A stretch of 32,000 bases of DNA from Candidatus Saccharimonadota bacterium (GTDB lineage: Bacteria; Patescibacteriota; Gracilibacteria; UBA1369; 2-02-FULL-48-14). The notes under the pieces were generated by a model, which was not told where the DNA came from, ran no database searches, and was given only the letters and a program-made list of their open reading frames with translations. Shown here one piece after another: positions 1-9,400 of the stretch. The stretch lies in NCBI GenBank assembly GCA_016699145.1, contig CP064962.1, positions 810,001 through 842,000 of the forward strand. The letters are read 5' to 3'. The number at the start of each line of letters is the position of its first letter. Within the stretch, counting starts at the first letter, position 1. Position numbers and translations under genes: made by a program.

Positions 1-665
1 GAAACCGTGTTTGCAAAAATTCCAAATTGGACCGATGAACTCATCCTTGAACCGGCCGCAGCGCTGCAGATTGAATTCATTCCCAGTGAAGGGATAGACC
101 CCAAAAACAACACGCTCGCGAAGGCCATTCAGGTTTTAGAAGCGCACACCGGGCGTACGTTTCATTACAAAATCACCGTTCACAAAAACATTCCCCCGTG
201 CTCGGGTTTGGGAGGAGCCGCCAGCGATGCCGCGACCTTGCTCCTTGCCCTCAACGATGCCGAAAATCTACAAATTTCTCAGAAAAAACTGTTGGAATTG
301 GGTGCTCAAGTGGGCATGGATGTTCCCTTCTTTCTTTCGGGCTTTGACGTGGCTTTAGGCACCCATTACGGGAAATTTTAAGCCCTCTCCCCGCACTCCC
401 CGCGAGCATCCACATTCGAATAGAACCCGGCCCACCGGCCCCCACTAAGGAGGCTTTTCAAAAGTGGGATGAAGGATGCGTGAGTTCCAACAAAACGGCC
501 AATGGATTGATAGAAGCGCTCCAAGCCGGCGATTCGCAAAAAATCCTCGCTGCCTTGCACAACGACTTCCAAGTTTTCTACACCTCCCCAAAGTTAAAAC
601 CCGGCGAACACGCCATACTCACCGGCAGCGGCAGCGCGTTTGCAGTCGTCACTTCTCGCTTCTAG
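1..665 (+). pseudogene. ispE: IspE-like GHMP kinase (4-diphosphocytidyl-2-C-methyl-D-erythritol kinase). The 5' end is outside the window and there is an apparent 1-nt frameshift near 370-381.
   Basis: The frame open from nt 1 to TAA 379..381 carries the GHMP motif PPCSGLGGAASDAATLLLALN. Reading then continues without stops in the frame starting at 381 (SPLPALPASIHIRIEPGPPAPTKEAFQKWDE) into ORF 480..665 (LTGSGSAFAVV). One extra G in GGG 370..372 would give a continuous ...GTHYGEILSPLPALP... Confidence 0.8.
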
Positions 666-3081
666 CTTCGCTCATTCTCAATCGGTTCAAGTGGTGCTGA
701 CTTTGTTTAACATGTCGACGGTAAGCAAAAAGAAGGAAAATTAAAATCAACAAAGAAAGCCCACTGGTCAAAAAAAGATTCAGTTGCAAATGATAGAGCG
801 CGTTGTCCGCAAAAACCACCCCAATAGCAAAAAAAGTTACACCAAAACTAAGACCCCAATAACGACGAGTTTCCTCGAAATGAGGGAAGGTTTTATTGCC
901 CATGGACCGTAGCCAAACCAGCAACCCAAAAAGGAAGAAAAGTCCTGAATAAACCAGCACGTGAGTCCACAAGCGATTCTGTTCAAAAGTCATTTCCTTC
1001 AAGTGTTGAATGGCAAATGGATGCACCAAGAAATAACAAGTAGTCACGAGTAAAAGCGTAATAAATCCTGCTGTTTTTTGGCGGAAAGCTCTTTGCACCC
1101 TTAGGACTCCAGGGATGCGTTCCAAACGGTCAAAAAGGGCGATCAATTGCTCATAATCTTCCAATAAAATTTCAATTTGATCTCGACTGATGCATTCAGG
1201 ATTCGCCGGCGATCCATCCGACAAAAAAGGATTATCGCGCTTCACGTCATAACCGCTGCCTTTAATAAAAAGAATGGGCAATTTCAATTCATAAAAAGGT
1301 TCCAAAATTTCACGCAGCAGCCCGATGCGGTCGTAAGCCTCCACAATAATTTTAATGCGATATTTATAATCTTCTTCACCAAAATTAAAACGTCTTTTTA
1401 AACTGTGCCATACTCTTAAAAGCTTCACTCCCGGTCCCACCACCAGTTCCGGGAAAAGCACTTTATACACTTCCGAAGAAGACAAAGTGCCCTCGCCGAT
1501 GGCTGCCAAAAGTTCATCAAAACTGTCGAATTCAAATTGAATCAGCGCGCGAGATTGCAGCGCAAAATCCAAATGATGGACCAAACCCTGATTCTGATGG
1601 TCCAATTCCTGCTGCAAAAGTCGAGTGCCCAGTTGGATGCGCGTGCCCATGGTTTGCTCTTTAAAATAAGCACGAATTTGCGTCTTGGCTTTAGAAGTTT
1701 TCACATGATCCAACCAGCCGCGCTCGGGACCTTTTTGACGTCGCGTATCGAATAAAATTTGCACATGATCTCCACTTTGCAAAGTGCCCAATAGTGAATA
1801 ATTCTTATTGTTCACCATGGGTTTGAGCACATATTCATTCACGGCTATGCCCCTGGCATAAACAAAATCGAGCACACAAGCCCCTTCCGGCAAATCCACC
1901 ACCTCCCCATCCGATGAAAAAACAAAAATCCGATTCCGCAGCACGTCTTCCTGCAAAGTGCGAATGAAACCTTCTGGATTTTTATAATGTTTCAAAAACG
2001 AAAGCTTTTTAGAGCTCAAACTGGATGAAAAATCTTTGTACAAAAAATGAGCCGCTGCCCCGAGTTCACATTCATGATGCATGGCCTCCGAACGGATTTG
2101 CACTTCCGTCAATTTTCCTTCCAAGCCCACCACCGTGGTGTGCAAGGATTGATAACCATTGGCCTTCGGGAAAGCAATATAGTCCTTAAAACGCCCGGGC
2201 TTGGGCTTAAAAAGGCCGTGCACCACAGCCAAAGAACGGTAACAATCTTCCAAGCCATGAGTCACCACACGAATGGCAAAATAATCATAAATGTCGCCGA
2301 GCGGTTTATGATGAAGAACAGTTTTTAAATAAATGGAATAAAAATGTTTGGGCCTCCCTTCCACTTGCACCGGAATTTTCCAGCGCTTGAATTCTTTTTT
2401 CAAAACGGCAATGGTGTCACGTATAAAAATCTGCCGCTTCTTTTCATGCTCCATCACAAAGCTTTCAATGCGTCCATACTCTTCCGGCTGCAGCACTTTA
2501 AAACACAAATCTTCCAACTCACGTCGCACTTGAAAAATGCCGTACAAATTGGCAAGCGGAGCAAAAACTTCCAAAGTTTCTTTGGCGATGCGCTGCTGTT
2601 TATCGGGTCGCAAATAACGCAAAGTGCGCATGTTGTGCAAACGATCCGCCAGTTTAATCAGAGCCACACGTACATCCTTTGCGGTTTCCAAAAAAACACG
2701 TCGCAAACTGTCCACTTGCCGCGCATCCATGGAATGATGATAATGCACCTTCGAAAGTTTAGTGACCGCCTGAACCAAATTCCTCACGCTGCGCCCAAAA
2801 CGAGTTTCAATGTCCTTAAATGTATAATCAGTGTCTTCAGGCACATCGTGCAAAAGAGCTGCAATCAGGCTTTCTTCATCGGCTCGCAGCTTGGCAAGAA
2901 TAATTGCTACATTCAAAGGATGACAAACATACGCATCACCCGAAGCCCGAAATTGCCCTTCATGGGCTTGTTTTGCAAAACGATAAGCGCGGTCCAATCG
3001 CTCCGAACGCACTTTTACAGGTGATTTTTTAAGCGCCTTTAAAAGCTCAGCATAAAGAGCATCTTCAGTGGAATGGAGCAT
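649..3081 (-). CDS. rel: Bifunctional (p)ppGpp synthetase/hydrolase of the RelA/SpoT (RSH) family with a C-terminal four-helix membrane domain
   Basis: 810 aa. Contains an HD hydrolase motif (HPLNVAIILAKL...LLHDVPEDT) and a synthetase core (RPKHFYSIYLK, YQSLHTTV, EVQIRSEAMH). Also has a TGS-like segment (IFVFSSDGEVVDLPEG) and an ACT-like segment (YRIKIIVEAYDRIGLL). The last ~146 aa (nt 649..1089) contain four long hydrophobic stretches. Confidence 0.93.
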   Translation of the reverse strand: MLHSTEDALYAELLKALKKSPVKVRSERLDRAYRFAKQAHEGQFRASGDAYVCHPLNVAIILAKLRADEESLIAALLHDVPEDTDYTFKDIETRFGRSVRNLVQAVTKLSKVHYHHSMDARQVDSLRRVFLETAKDVRVALIKLADRLHNMRTLRYLRPDKQQRIAKETLEVFAPLANLYGIFQVRRELEDLCFKVLQPEEYGRIESFVMEHEKKRQIFIRDTIAVLKKEFKRWKIPVQVEGRPKHFYSIYLKTVLHHKPLGDIYDYFAIRVVTHGLEDCYRSLAVVHGLFKPKPGRFKDYIAFPKANGYQSLHTTVVGLEGKLTEVQIRSEAMHHECELGAAAHFLYKDFSSSLSSKKLSFLKHYKNPEGFIRTLQEDVLRNRIFVFSSDGEVVDLPEGACVLDFVYARGIAVNEYVLKPMVNNKNYSLLGTLQSGDHVQILFDTRRQKGPERGWLDHVKTSKAKTQIRAYFKEQTMGTRIQLGTRLLQQELDHQNQGLVHHLDFALQSRALIQFEFDSFDELLAAIGEGTLSSSEVYKVLFPELVVGPGVKLLRVWHSLKRRFNFGEEDYKYRIKIIVEAYDRIGLLREILEPFYELKLPILFIKGSGYDVKRDNPFLSDGSPANPECISRDQIEILLEDYEQLIALFDRLERIPGVLRVQRAFRQKTAGFITLLLVTTCYFLVHPFAIQHLKEMTFEQNRLWTHVLVYSGLFFLFGLLVWLRSMGNKTFPHFEETRRYWGLSFGVTFFAIGVVFADNALYHLQLNLFLTSGLSLLILIFLLFAYRRHVKQSQHHLNRLRMSEARSEK

Positions 3082-3108
3082 AATGGACGCATTCTAACAC
3101 ACTTCTTT

Positions 3109-3726
3109 TTAGATCAAACGCTGTCGCCCCTCTAAGGCGCGAATTAGGGTTGCATCATCTGTGTATTCCAAGTGTCCCCCAGAAGGAATGCCTCGCGCAA
3201 TGCGGCTCACATGCAAGGCACTGAAGCTTGCAACTTGCTTTTGGATGTAGAGCGCTGTGGTGTCTCCTTCCAAGTCCGGATTCAAAGCTAAAATGAGTTC
3301 GCGAGTCTCGCATCCACTTTCACTCAATCGCACAAAAAGCTCGGTGATGCGCAGTTGTTCCAGGCCCACTCCATCCAACGGTGAAAGTCGCCCTTGTAGC
3401 ACGTGATAAAGCCCTTTGTATTCGCCCGTTTTTTCAATCGCGATGAGGTCTAAAGTGCTTTCAATCACACATAGAAGGCTGCGGTCTCGTCCTGGCCCGG
3501 AGCAAATCTTGCACGGATTGGAAGTGGTCAAAGAAAAACAGTGTCCACATTCTTGCACGCCATTTTTAACGTTCAAAATCGCCTCGCCAAGTCCATGCAC
3601 TTTAAAATCCGCACTTTTGAGCAAATGGAAAGCCAGTCGCTGAGCACTTTTGGGCCCGATTCCCGGCAAACGGCCCAATTCCTCAATCAATTTTGTAAGC
3701 GAATCCGGTAAAAAATCCATGAACAA
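3109..3726 (-). CDS. recR: Recombination protein RecR
   Basis: N-terminal HhH motif LPGIGPKSAQRLAFHLL, a Cys4 zinc finger (CGHC...CKIC), and Toprim-like VIESTLDLIAIE plus LALNPDLEGDTTALY. The start may be ATG 3726 or 3720. Confidence 0.95.
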   Translation of the reverse strand: MFMDFLPDSLTKLIEELGRLPGIGPKSAQRLAFHLLKSADFKVHGLGEAILNVKNGVQECGHCFSLTTSNPCKICSGPGRDRSLLCVIESTLDLIAIEKTGEYKGLYHVLQGRLSPLDGVGLEQLRITELFVRLSESGCETRELILALNPDLEGDTTALYIQKQVASFSALHVSRIARGIPSGGHLEYTDDATLIRALEGRQRLI

Positions 3727-3793
3727 TAAGGAAAATCAGCGCCATTCTAGAGGCCAAGTCAAAAAAAGGAAAGGACAGCGTAAAGGGCCAATC

Positions 3794-4324
3794 TTAAGCC
3801 CGAATCAAGCGCAAGAACTCCTCGCGTGTGGCCGGGCGCTCTTTAAAAAGCCCCTTGAGCGCCGAAGTGCTCACCGTGCTCGATTGTTTTTCCACCCCCC
3901 GCGCCATCATGCAAAGATGCTGGGCCTCCACTACCACAGCCACCCCTTTGGGCGCGAGCAATTCCTCCAAAGCCTCTGCAATCTGCGTCGTGAGCCGCTC
4001 CTGATTTTGCAAGCGCCGCGAAAAAATCTCCACCAGCCGAGGAATTTTTGAAAGCCCAATGATTTTATCTCGTGGGATATACGCAATATGCGCTTTGCCA
4101 AAAAATGAAAGCAAATGATGTTCGCAAGTGGAATAAAACTCAATTTCCTTCACAAGAATCATCTCGTCATAACCCTCATTTTCAAACACCGTCAAAAGGT
4201 CTTTCGGTTTTTTTTCATACCCACTAAAAAGATGCTCCCAGGCCTCATCCGCTCGCCGCGGCGTATCTTTCAGTCCTTCCCGCTCAGCATCTTCGGGCAG
4301 GGTTTTCAGCAGTTCCAAAAACAT
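3794..4324 (-). CDS. folE: GTP cyclohydrolase I (FolE type 1)
   Basis: Matches FolE motifs throughout ([55 protein letters not shown]). The 284-aa track ORF has an unsupported N-terminal extension. The start was set at ATG 4324 ([12 protein letters not shown]...), giving 176 aa. Confidence 0.93.
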   Translation of the reverse strand: MFLELLKTLPEDAEREGLKDTPRRADEAWEHLFSGYEKKPKDLLTVFENEGYDEMILVKEIEFYSTCEHHLLSFFGKAHIAYIPRDKIIGLSKIPRLVEIFSRRLQNQERLTTQIAEALEELLAPKGVAVVVEAQHLCMMARGVEKQSSTVSTSALKGLFKERPATREEFLRLIRA

Positions 4325-4403
4325 TTTTTCGATCCATAATGAATAAAGTCTAGCCCAAACCTGAAAAGGGGCAAGAATACTAAAGCTCACTCGCAAAATT
4401 TGT

Positions 4404-4432
4404 TTGACAATTTTGTCTGACAAAATTAAACT
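4404..4432 (+). promoter_or_regulatory. Sigma70-type promoter of the vapBC operon with an embedded palindromic operator
   Basis: TTGACA (4404..4409), a 17-nt spacer, then TAAACT (4427..4432). The whole spacer, ATTTTGTC-T-GACAAAAT (4410..4426), is a perfect 8-1-8 inverted repeat. It lies 21 nt upstream of ATG 4454. Confidence 0.7.
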
Positions 4433-4453
4433 CAAAATGAGCCCAAAATCCCA

Positions 4454-4687
4454 ATGCCTCTCACCGTCAACAATCGAGAACTGCTCCGAAATTATAAGAC
4501 CCTCAAAGGAAAACTTCTTCGAGGAGAGGTGTCTGAAATTGCCGTGAAACAAGGCAAGGGCAAAATCATCACGCTCAAGGTGAAAAAGACAACGCAATCG
4601 GCTTTTGAGCACACGCTTGAACTCATCGAAAAGCACTCTTTCTCTCACCTCAAGCGTCCCGAAGCAGATCTTTTTGATTATTTATGA
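4454..4687 (+). CDS. Putative antitoxin of the VapBC pair (small Phd/YefM-like or VapB-like protein)
   Basis: 77-aa ORF immediately upstream of a PIN toxin gene, with a 4-nt ATGA overlap (4684..4687). There is no strong family motif, so the call rests on gene context. Confidence 0.6.
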   Translation: MPLTVNNRELLRNYKTLKGKLLRGEVSEIAVKQGKGKIITLKVKKTTQSAFEHTLELIEKHSFSHLKRPEADLFDYL

Positions 4688-5058
4688 AACAAGAATATCT
4701 GTTGGACAGCAACGTCTTGATTTACCTTGGGCACGGGAATAAAAAAATTGCCCGTCAGCTCCTACGCTTGAAAAGGCCGTATTTTTTTTCGAGTGTTATC
4801 ACTTACTTCGAAATTTTGTACGGCTGCAAAACTTTAGAAGAGAAAAAATTAGTCAAACAATACGCCAATGACTTGGCCATTTTGGACTTACGCAAAGAAA
4901 TAATTGAAGCGGCCTTAGAATTGAAGGAAAAGAAAAAACTCAAATTCAAAGACCTCCTTATTGCCGCAACCGCCCAAATGGAGGGACTCACGCTGGTCAC
5001 TGCCGACAAAGATTTCAAAAAAATCAAAGGACTTAAAGTAAAACTTTTAAACCTTTAG
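4684..5058 (+). CDS. vapC: PIN-domain ribonuclease toxin VapC
   Basis: 124 aa. The N-terminal YLLDSNVLIY has the conserved Asp, and the C-terminal LLIAATAQMEGLTLVTADKDFKKI is typical of PIN/VapC. Confidence 0.85.
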   Translation: MKQEYLLDSNVLIYLGHGNKKIARQLLRLKRPYFFSSVITYFEILYGCKTLEEKKLVKQYANDLAILDLRKEIIEAALELKEKKKLKFKDLLIAATAQMEGLTLVTADKDFKKIKGLKVKLLNL

Positions 5059-5098
5059 CCTTCCTCCGGCATTCCCCACTACGAAGAGGGCAAGAAAC

Positions 5099-5127
5099 AA
5101 AAAACTCGCGTTTCCGCGAGGTTTTTT
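5099..5127 (+). terminator. Rho-independent terminator after vapC
   Basis: The CTCGCG-TTTC-CGCGAG hairpin (5105..5120) is preceded by an A-run and followed by GTTTTTT (5121..5127). Confidence 0.8.
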
Positions 5128-5189
5128 AAAACAATCTTAAATAAATTATACACCCCCATCCTACTAAAAGGCAAATAAAAAGATAAATC

Positions 5190-5217
5190 TTGTATAAAAA
5201 TGTCAATCATCTATACT
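5190..5217 (+). promoter_or_regulatory. Sigma70-like promoter for the AbiEi-like gene
   Basis: TTGTAT (5190..5195), a 16-nt spacer, then TATACT (5212..5217), 24 nt upstream of ATG 5242. Confidence 0.5.
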
Positions 5218-5241
5218 TGAGACCTCAGACAATCCGAACTC

Positions 5242-5844
5242 ATGCACTTCCTCACCCTCGCTGAAGCACTTCCCATTTTCTTCACAGCCAAGGACATCCG
5301 AAGAATCCTAAAGATTCAATTGAATTCGGCTCGTGTACTGGCCACTCGCTACACTCAAAAAGGCATTTTCCTCCGCATCAAACGCGATCTTTATATTTTC
5401 CAAAAGAAATTCCTTCACCTCACTCGTGATGAAATCTACGAACTGAACCAAGCTCTACAGGCCAAGTCCTACATTTCTTTTTCTACTGCTTTAGCTCATC
5501 ACCACACGCTCGCTCCATCCGTTGCTAAAAACCCTTGGGTTGAGGCGGTGAGTCCGTTGCGTTCTTGGGAGAAAACCGTAGGTCACCTAACGTGGCATTA
5601 TTACAAATTGCCTTACAAATTCTTTTTTGGTTTTGTGGAACATGGCAATGCTCTGCTTGCCACGCCTGAAAAAGCCTTACTGGATGCACTCTACCTCCAT
5701 TCTTTGGGGCGCTATTATCTGGATCTAAAAAAGCTCAACCTCGAAAGGCTGGACCAAGAAAAGCTCTTCAATTGGGCCCGTTTTTACACTCCAAAAACCC
5801 AAGTTTTTTTGGAGCGACTCTACAGCCGTTCACGGGGCAAATGA
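5242..5844 (+). CDS. AbiEi-like (type IV TA antitoxin family) wHTH protein; no adjacent AbiEii nucleotidyltransferase
   Basis: 200 aa. The N-terminal pattern FFTAKDIRRIL...ARVLATRYTQKGIFLRIKRDLYIF and the C-terminal ATPEKALLDALYLH resemble AbiEi-family antitoxins. This assignment is from memory of the family pattern. Confidence 0.5.
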   Translation: MHFLTLAEALPIFFTAKDIRRILKIQLNSARVLATRYTQKGIFLRIKRDLYIFQKKFLHLTRDEIYELNQALQAKSYISFSTALAHHHTLAPSVAKNPWVEAVSPLRSWEKTVGHLTWHYYKLPYKFFFGFVEHGNALLATPEKALLDALYLHSLGRYYLDLKKLNLERLDQEKLFNWARFYTPKTQVFLERLYSRSRGK

Positions 5845-5928
5845 AGAGGAAAATAGGAGTGCGAACAAATGCTTGTTTTTAAAAGCAAAAAAAGTTAAAG
5901 TGGAACTACTTTTGGGGATTTCCCACGA

Positions 5929-5948
5929 CCCTGCCAGAAATGGCAGGG
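5929..5948 (+). terminator. Hairpin between convergent genes (possible terminator)
   Basis: CCCTGCCA-GAAA-TGGCAGGG is a perfect 8-bp stem followed by AAAATTTTTA. It lies between the stop at 5844 (+) and the stop at 5956 (-). Confidence 0.55.
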
Positions 5949-5955
5949 AAAATTT

Positions 5956-6342
5956 TTATAAATAAAGTTTTTGAAAACCAAGTCTTATGATTTTGAAGTC
6001 CGATTCATCAACAATGCCCACTTTAGAATAAAGCCGTCGATAATCGATAGTTCTGACTTGATGAAGGCAGGCGGTCACATTTCTCCCCCTCTGTTGGTAG
6101 TTCACGTACCAGCTGCCGACGTGCTTTTTTGTGGTGAGCGGAATTGCAAGATAAAACTCTTTCGACAGCTTTTTGAAGATCAAAACAGGACGAGTAAAGA
6201 GGTCACTTTTACCGTTGATCTCATACCCTATATTTTCACCCAAACTCGCCCACCAGACTTCTCCGGTATTCACATAAGGAATTTTTGGCCTGCGTAAATC
6301 CAGCTTTCGTTTAAGACCAATCCATTCTAAAAAACGTTTCAT
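5956..6342 (-). CDS. PemK/MazF-family toxin-like protein, no adjacent antitoxin ORF
   Basis: MKRFLEWIGLK...GEVWWASLGENIGYEINGKSDLFTRPVLIFKKLS...AIPLTTKK...LHQVRTIDYRRL matches the PemK/MazF SH3-like fold pattern. The start was set at ATG 6342 rather than the track start 6372. Confidence 0.7.
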   Translation of the reverse strand: MKRFLEWIGLKRKLDLRRPKIPYVNTGEVWWASLGENIGYEINGKSDLFTRPVLIFKKLSKEFYLAIPLTTKKHVGSWYVNYQQRGRNVTACLHQVRTIDYRRLYSKVGIVDESDFKIIRLGFQKLYL

Positions 6343-6455
6343 ATTAAAAATTAGATTCTGAGATATTAACAAAATACACTCAAAAAAGTCCTGACAAATT
6401 CCTGAATCGCAGATTCATGCAAAGGGGCGCCATCGAAGATGGTCCTGCTGATTCA

Positions 6456-9400
6456 TCACTCCAAATAATGACTCCACGGTTCAATCGCTAAATCATCTAT
6501 GCTGTAGCGCTCAATGGAATCCACCATGAGTTTTGCAACTTTCAAATCAATGGTGAGCGAAATGTTGTTGTCGATGGTGAGGCGGCGAATTTGGTAGCCG
6601 AGCGTCGCATCTTCGTGGGAGTAACCACGTGGAATATTGATCACCCAACTGATTTTATCTTTTTTAATCAGCTCTTCACAGTTCGGGCTGAGGCCGCTGT
6701 CGATTTTATGCACTACGGTCACGGGCACCTCATTTTCTTCAAACACTTTCGCGGTTCCTGGCGTGGCATAAAGCGGATGTCCCCGCGCAACGAGCTTGCG
6801 AGCCGCGCTCAAAAAGTCTGCTTTGCCCTCAATACTTCCAATGGAGATGAGCACCGCACTTTCGGGTTTTGGGATTTCAAATCCGGTGGAAAGCATGGCT
6901 TTCAAAAATGCCTCATTCAGGTCGTCACCAAAACACGCCACCTCCCCTGTCGAGGCCATTTCCACCCCGAGCACAGGGTCTGCGCCCTTGAGACGAGAGA
7001 ACGAGAATTGAGGCGCCTTCACCCCAACGTAGTCCAAATCGAGCGTTTTATAATCGCGCTTTTTTGCCTTGCCCAGCATGGCTTCGGTCGCCACCTCAAT
7101 AAAGTTGTAACCCGTGACTTTCGAGCTGAACGGGAAACTGCGACTGGAACGCAAATTGCACTCAATCACTTTGATGTCATTGTTCACCGCCAGAAATTGA
7201 ATATTGAAAGGCCCCGAAATCTTCAGCGCCTCCGCGATTTTTTTTGCAATCAGGCGCACACGTTTGATCGTTTCTAAATACAATTTCTGCGGAGGCAAAA
7301 CAATGGTCGCATCCCCGCTGTGCACCCCGGCGTTTTCCACATGTTCCCCAATCGCATAAATCAAAAGTTCCCCATTTTGTGCCACTGCATCGATTTCAAT
7401 TTCCTTCGCACCGAGCTCAAATTTCGTGATCACCACGGGCGCTTCCTTCGAAATGCGAGCCGCCTTATCCAAATACGCACAAAGCCCCTCTTCATTTTGC
7501 GCAACAGCCATCGCCGCACCCGACAAAACGTAAGAAGGACGAACGAGCACGGGGTAGCCCACTGCATCCGCGAACTTGAATGCATCTTCGGTTTTTGCAA
7601 ACTCCTTCCACTTGGGTTGATCCACGTCCAGACGGTCCAAAAGTTGAGAGAATTTATGTCTATTTTCCGCCTGGTCGATGCTCCTCCCAGACGTTCCAAA
7701 AATGTTCACACCGGCACTGTCGAGTTTGTTCACCAAGTTATTCGGAATTTGTCCTCCCGTAGAAACCACCACGCCTTCAGGGTCTTCCAATTCATAAATG
7801 TCGAGCACGCGTTCCAAAGACAGCTCATCAAAATAAAGGCGGTCACACATGTCATAATCGGTGGACACGGTCTCGGGATTATAATTGATCATCATTGTCT
7901 CATAGCCGTTCGCTTGCAAGGTCTTCACCGCATTGATGGAACACCAATCGAACTCCACCGAAGACCCGATGCAGTACGCTCCGCTTCCTAGAACAATCGC
8001 CTTCTTTTTTGGCTCTTTTTTTGAAGTTTTACTGGGCGCAAAACCCACATCGTGTTTATCGCCATGATACGTGAGGTACAAATAATTCGTCTTCGCCGGA
8101 TATTCCGCCGCCATTGTGTCGATCTGCTTCACGGCAGGCAGCACTTTGAACTTTTTACGCAATTTGCGCACTTCCATTTCTTCGCAATTTCGGGTCAGTC
8201 CAATTTGCTTGTCGCTGAAGCCGAGCTTTTTTGCCGAACGCAGCAAGTCCTCATCCAGCTCTTCTTTTTCGAGCTGTGCATCCATATCTACAATGCGCTT
8301 CAACTTTCCAAGGAACCATGGATCCACTCCTGAAAGTTTATAAATTTCCATCACGTCCCAACCCTGGCGAAGGGCTTCTGCAATCGCAAGGATGCGTTTG
8401 GGCGTGGGCTTCGAAATTGCCGCTCTCAAATTTTCAGTGTCGATGTTCAGACGTTCATTGCCCGTGAGTCCAATCATTCCAATTTGCAGCATGCGCAGTC
8501 CCTTTTGAATCACTTCTTCAAAGCTGCGCCCCAGCGCCATGATTTCTCCAACGGACTTCATTTCGCTGGAAATGTGATGAGACACTTTGCGGAATTTATC
8601 CAAGTCCCAGCGAGGAATTTTCAAAGCCACATAGTCGAGCGCAGGTTCAAAACACGCGGTGGTCACACCGGTGATCGCATTGCGCAATTCGGGCAGGCTG
8701 TACCCAAGCGCCAATTTCGCCGCCACATAGGCGAGCGGATAGCCCGTAGCTTTGGACGCGAGTGCCGAGGAACGAGACAAACGCGCATTCACCTCAATCA
8801 CACGGTACTCTTCAGACTGGGGATCGAGCGCATATTGAATATTGCATTCCCCCACAATGCCGAGATGGCGTATCACTTTGAGTGCGAGTTCGCGCAGCAT
8901 GTGATATTCGCTGTTGCTCAAAGTTTGCGACGGTGCAATCACAATGCTTTCCCCCGTATGAATTCCAAGGGGATCAAAATTCTCCATATTACAAACCGTG
9001 ATGCAGTTGTCGTTCGAGTCGCGCACCACTTCGTATTCAATTTCTTTCCAACCCTTCAAACTTTCTTCCACCAAAACTTGGGGCGAAAAGGCAAAGGCGG
9101 TGTCCACGAGTTCCTTGAGTTCTTTTTCGTTGTTCGCAAAACCGCTTCCCTTCCCTCCGAGCGCAAAAGCCGCGCGCACCAAAAGTGGGAACCCAATTTT
9201 TTCGCCTGCTTTCATTGCCGCGCTGGCGCTGGTGCAGGCAATGGAGCGCGGCACCTTCACATCGATTTTTTGCAATTCTTTGTTGAAAAGTTCACGATCT
9301 TCCGTCTTTTCAATGGAGCTCACGGGCGTTCCATAAACACGCACATCGTACTTGTCTAAAATGCCCAAATTTTTCAAAGCCACTCCACAATTGAGAGCCG

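Noticed and set aside
3794-4648. Long N-terminal extensions of the track ORFs for folE (284 aa), mazE (120 aa), yraN (136 aa), relB (127 aa), ybeY (173 aa) and dnaB (from 12809).
   Set aside because: The extensions have no similarity to the respective families. They run through promoters, operators or neighbouring genes. Internal ATGs give proteins of canonical length.
6591-9359. Several 220-290-aa ORFs antisense to carB (6591..7277, 7320..7991, 8484..9359). Similar ones lie opposite rel (2344..3024) and the DUF4012 gene (19199..19930).
   Set aside because: They have the same codon-bias origin as the guaA antisense ORF. Their translations are arginine-, histidine- and phenylalanine-rich and look like junk. 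Each lies wholly inside a strongly supported gene on the other strand.
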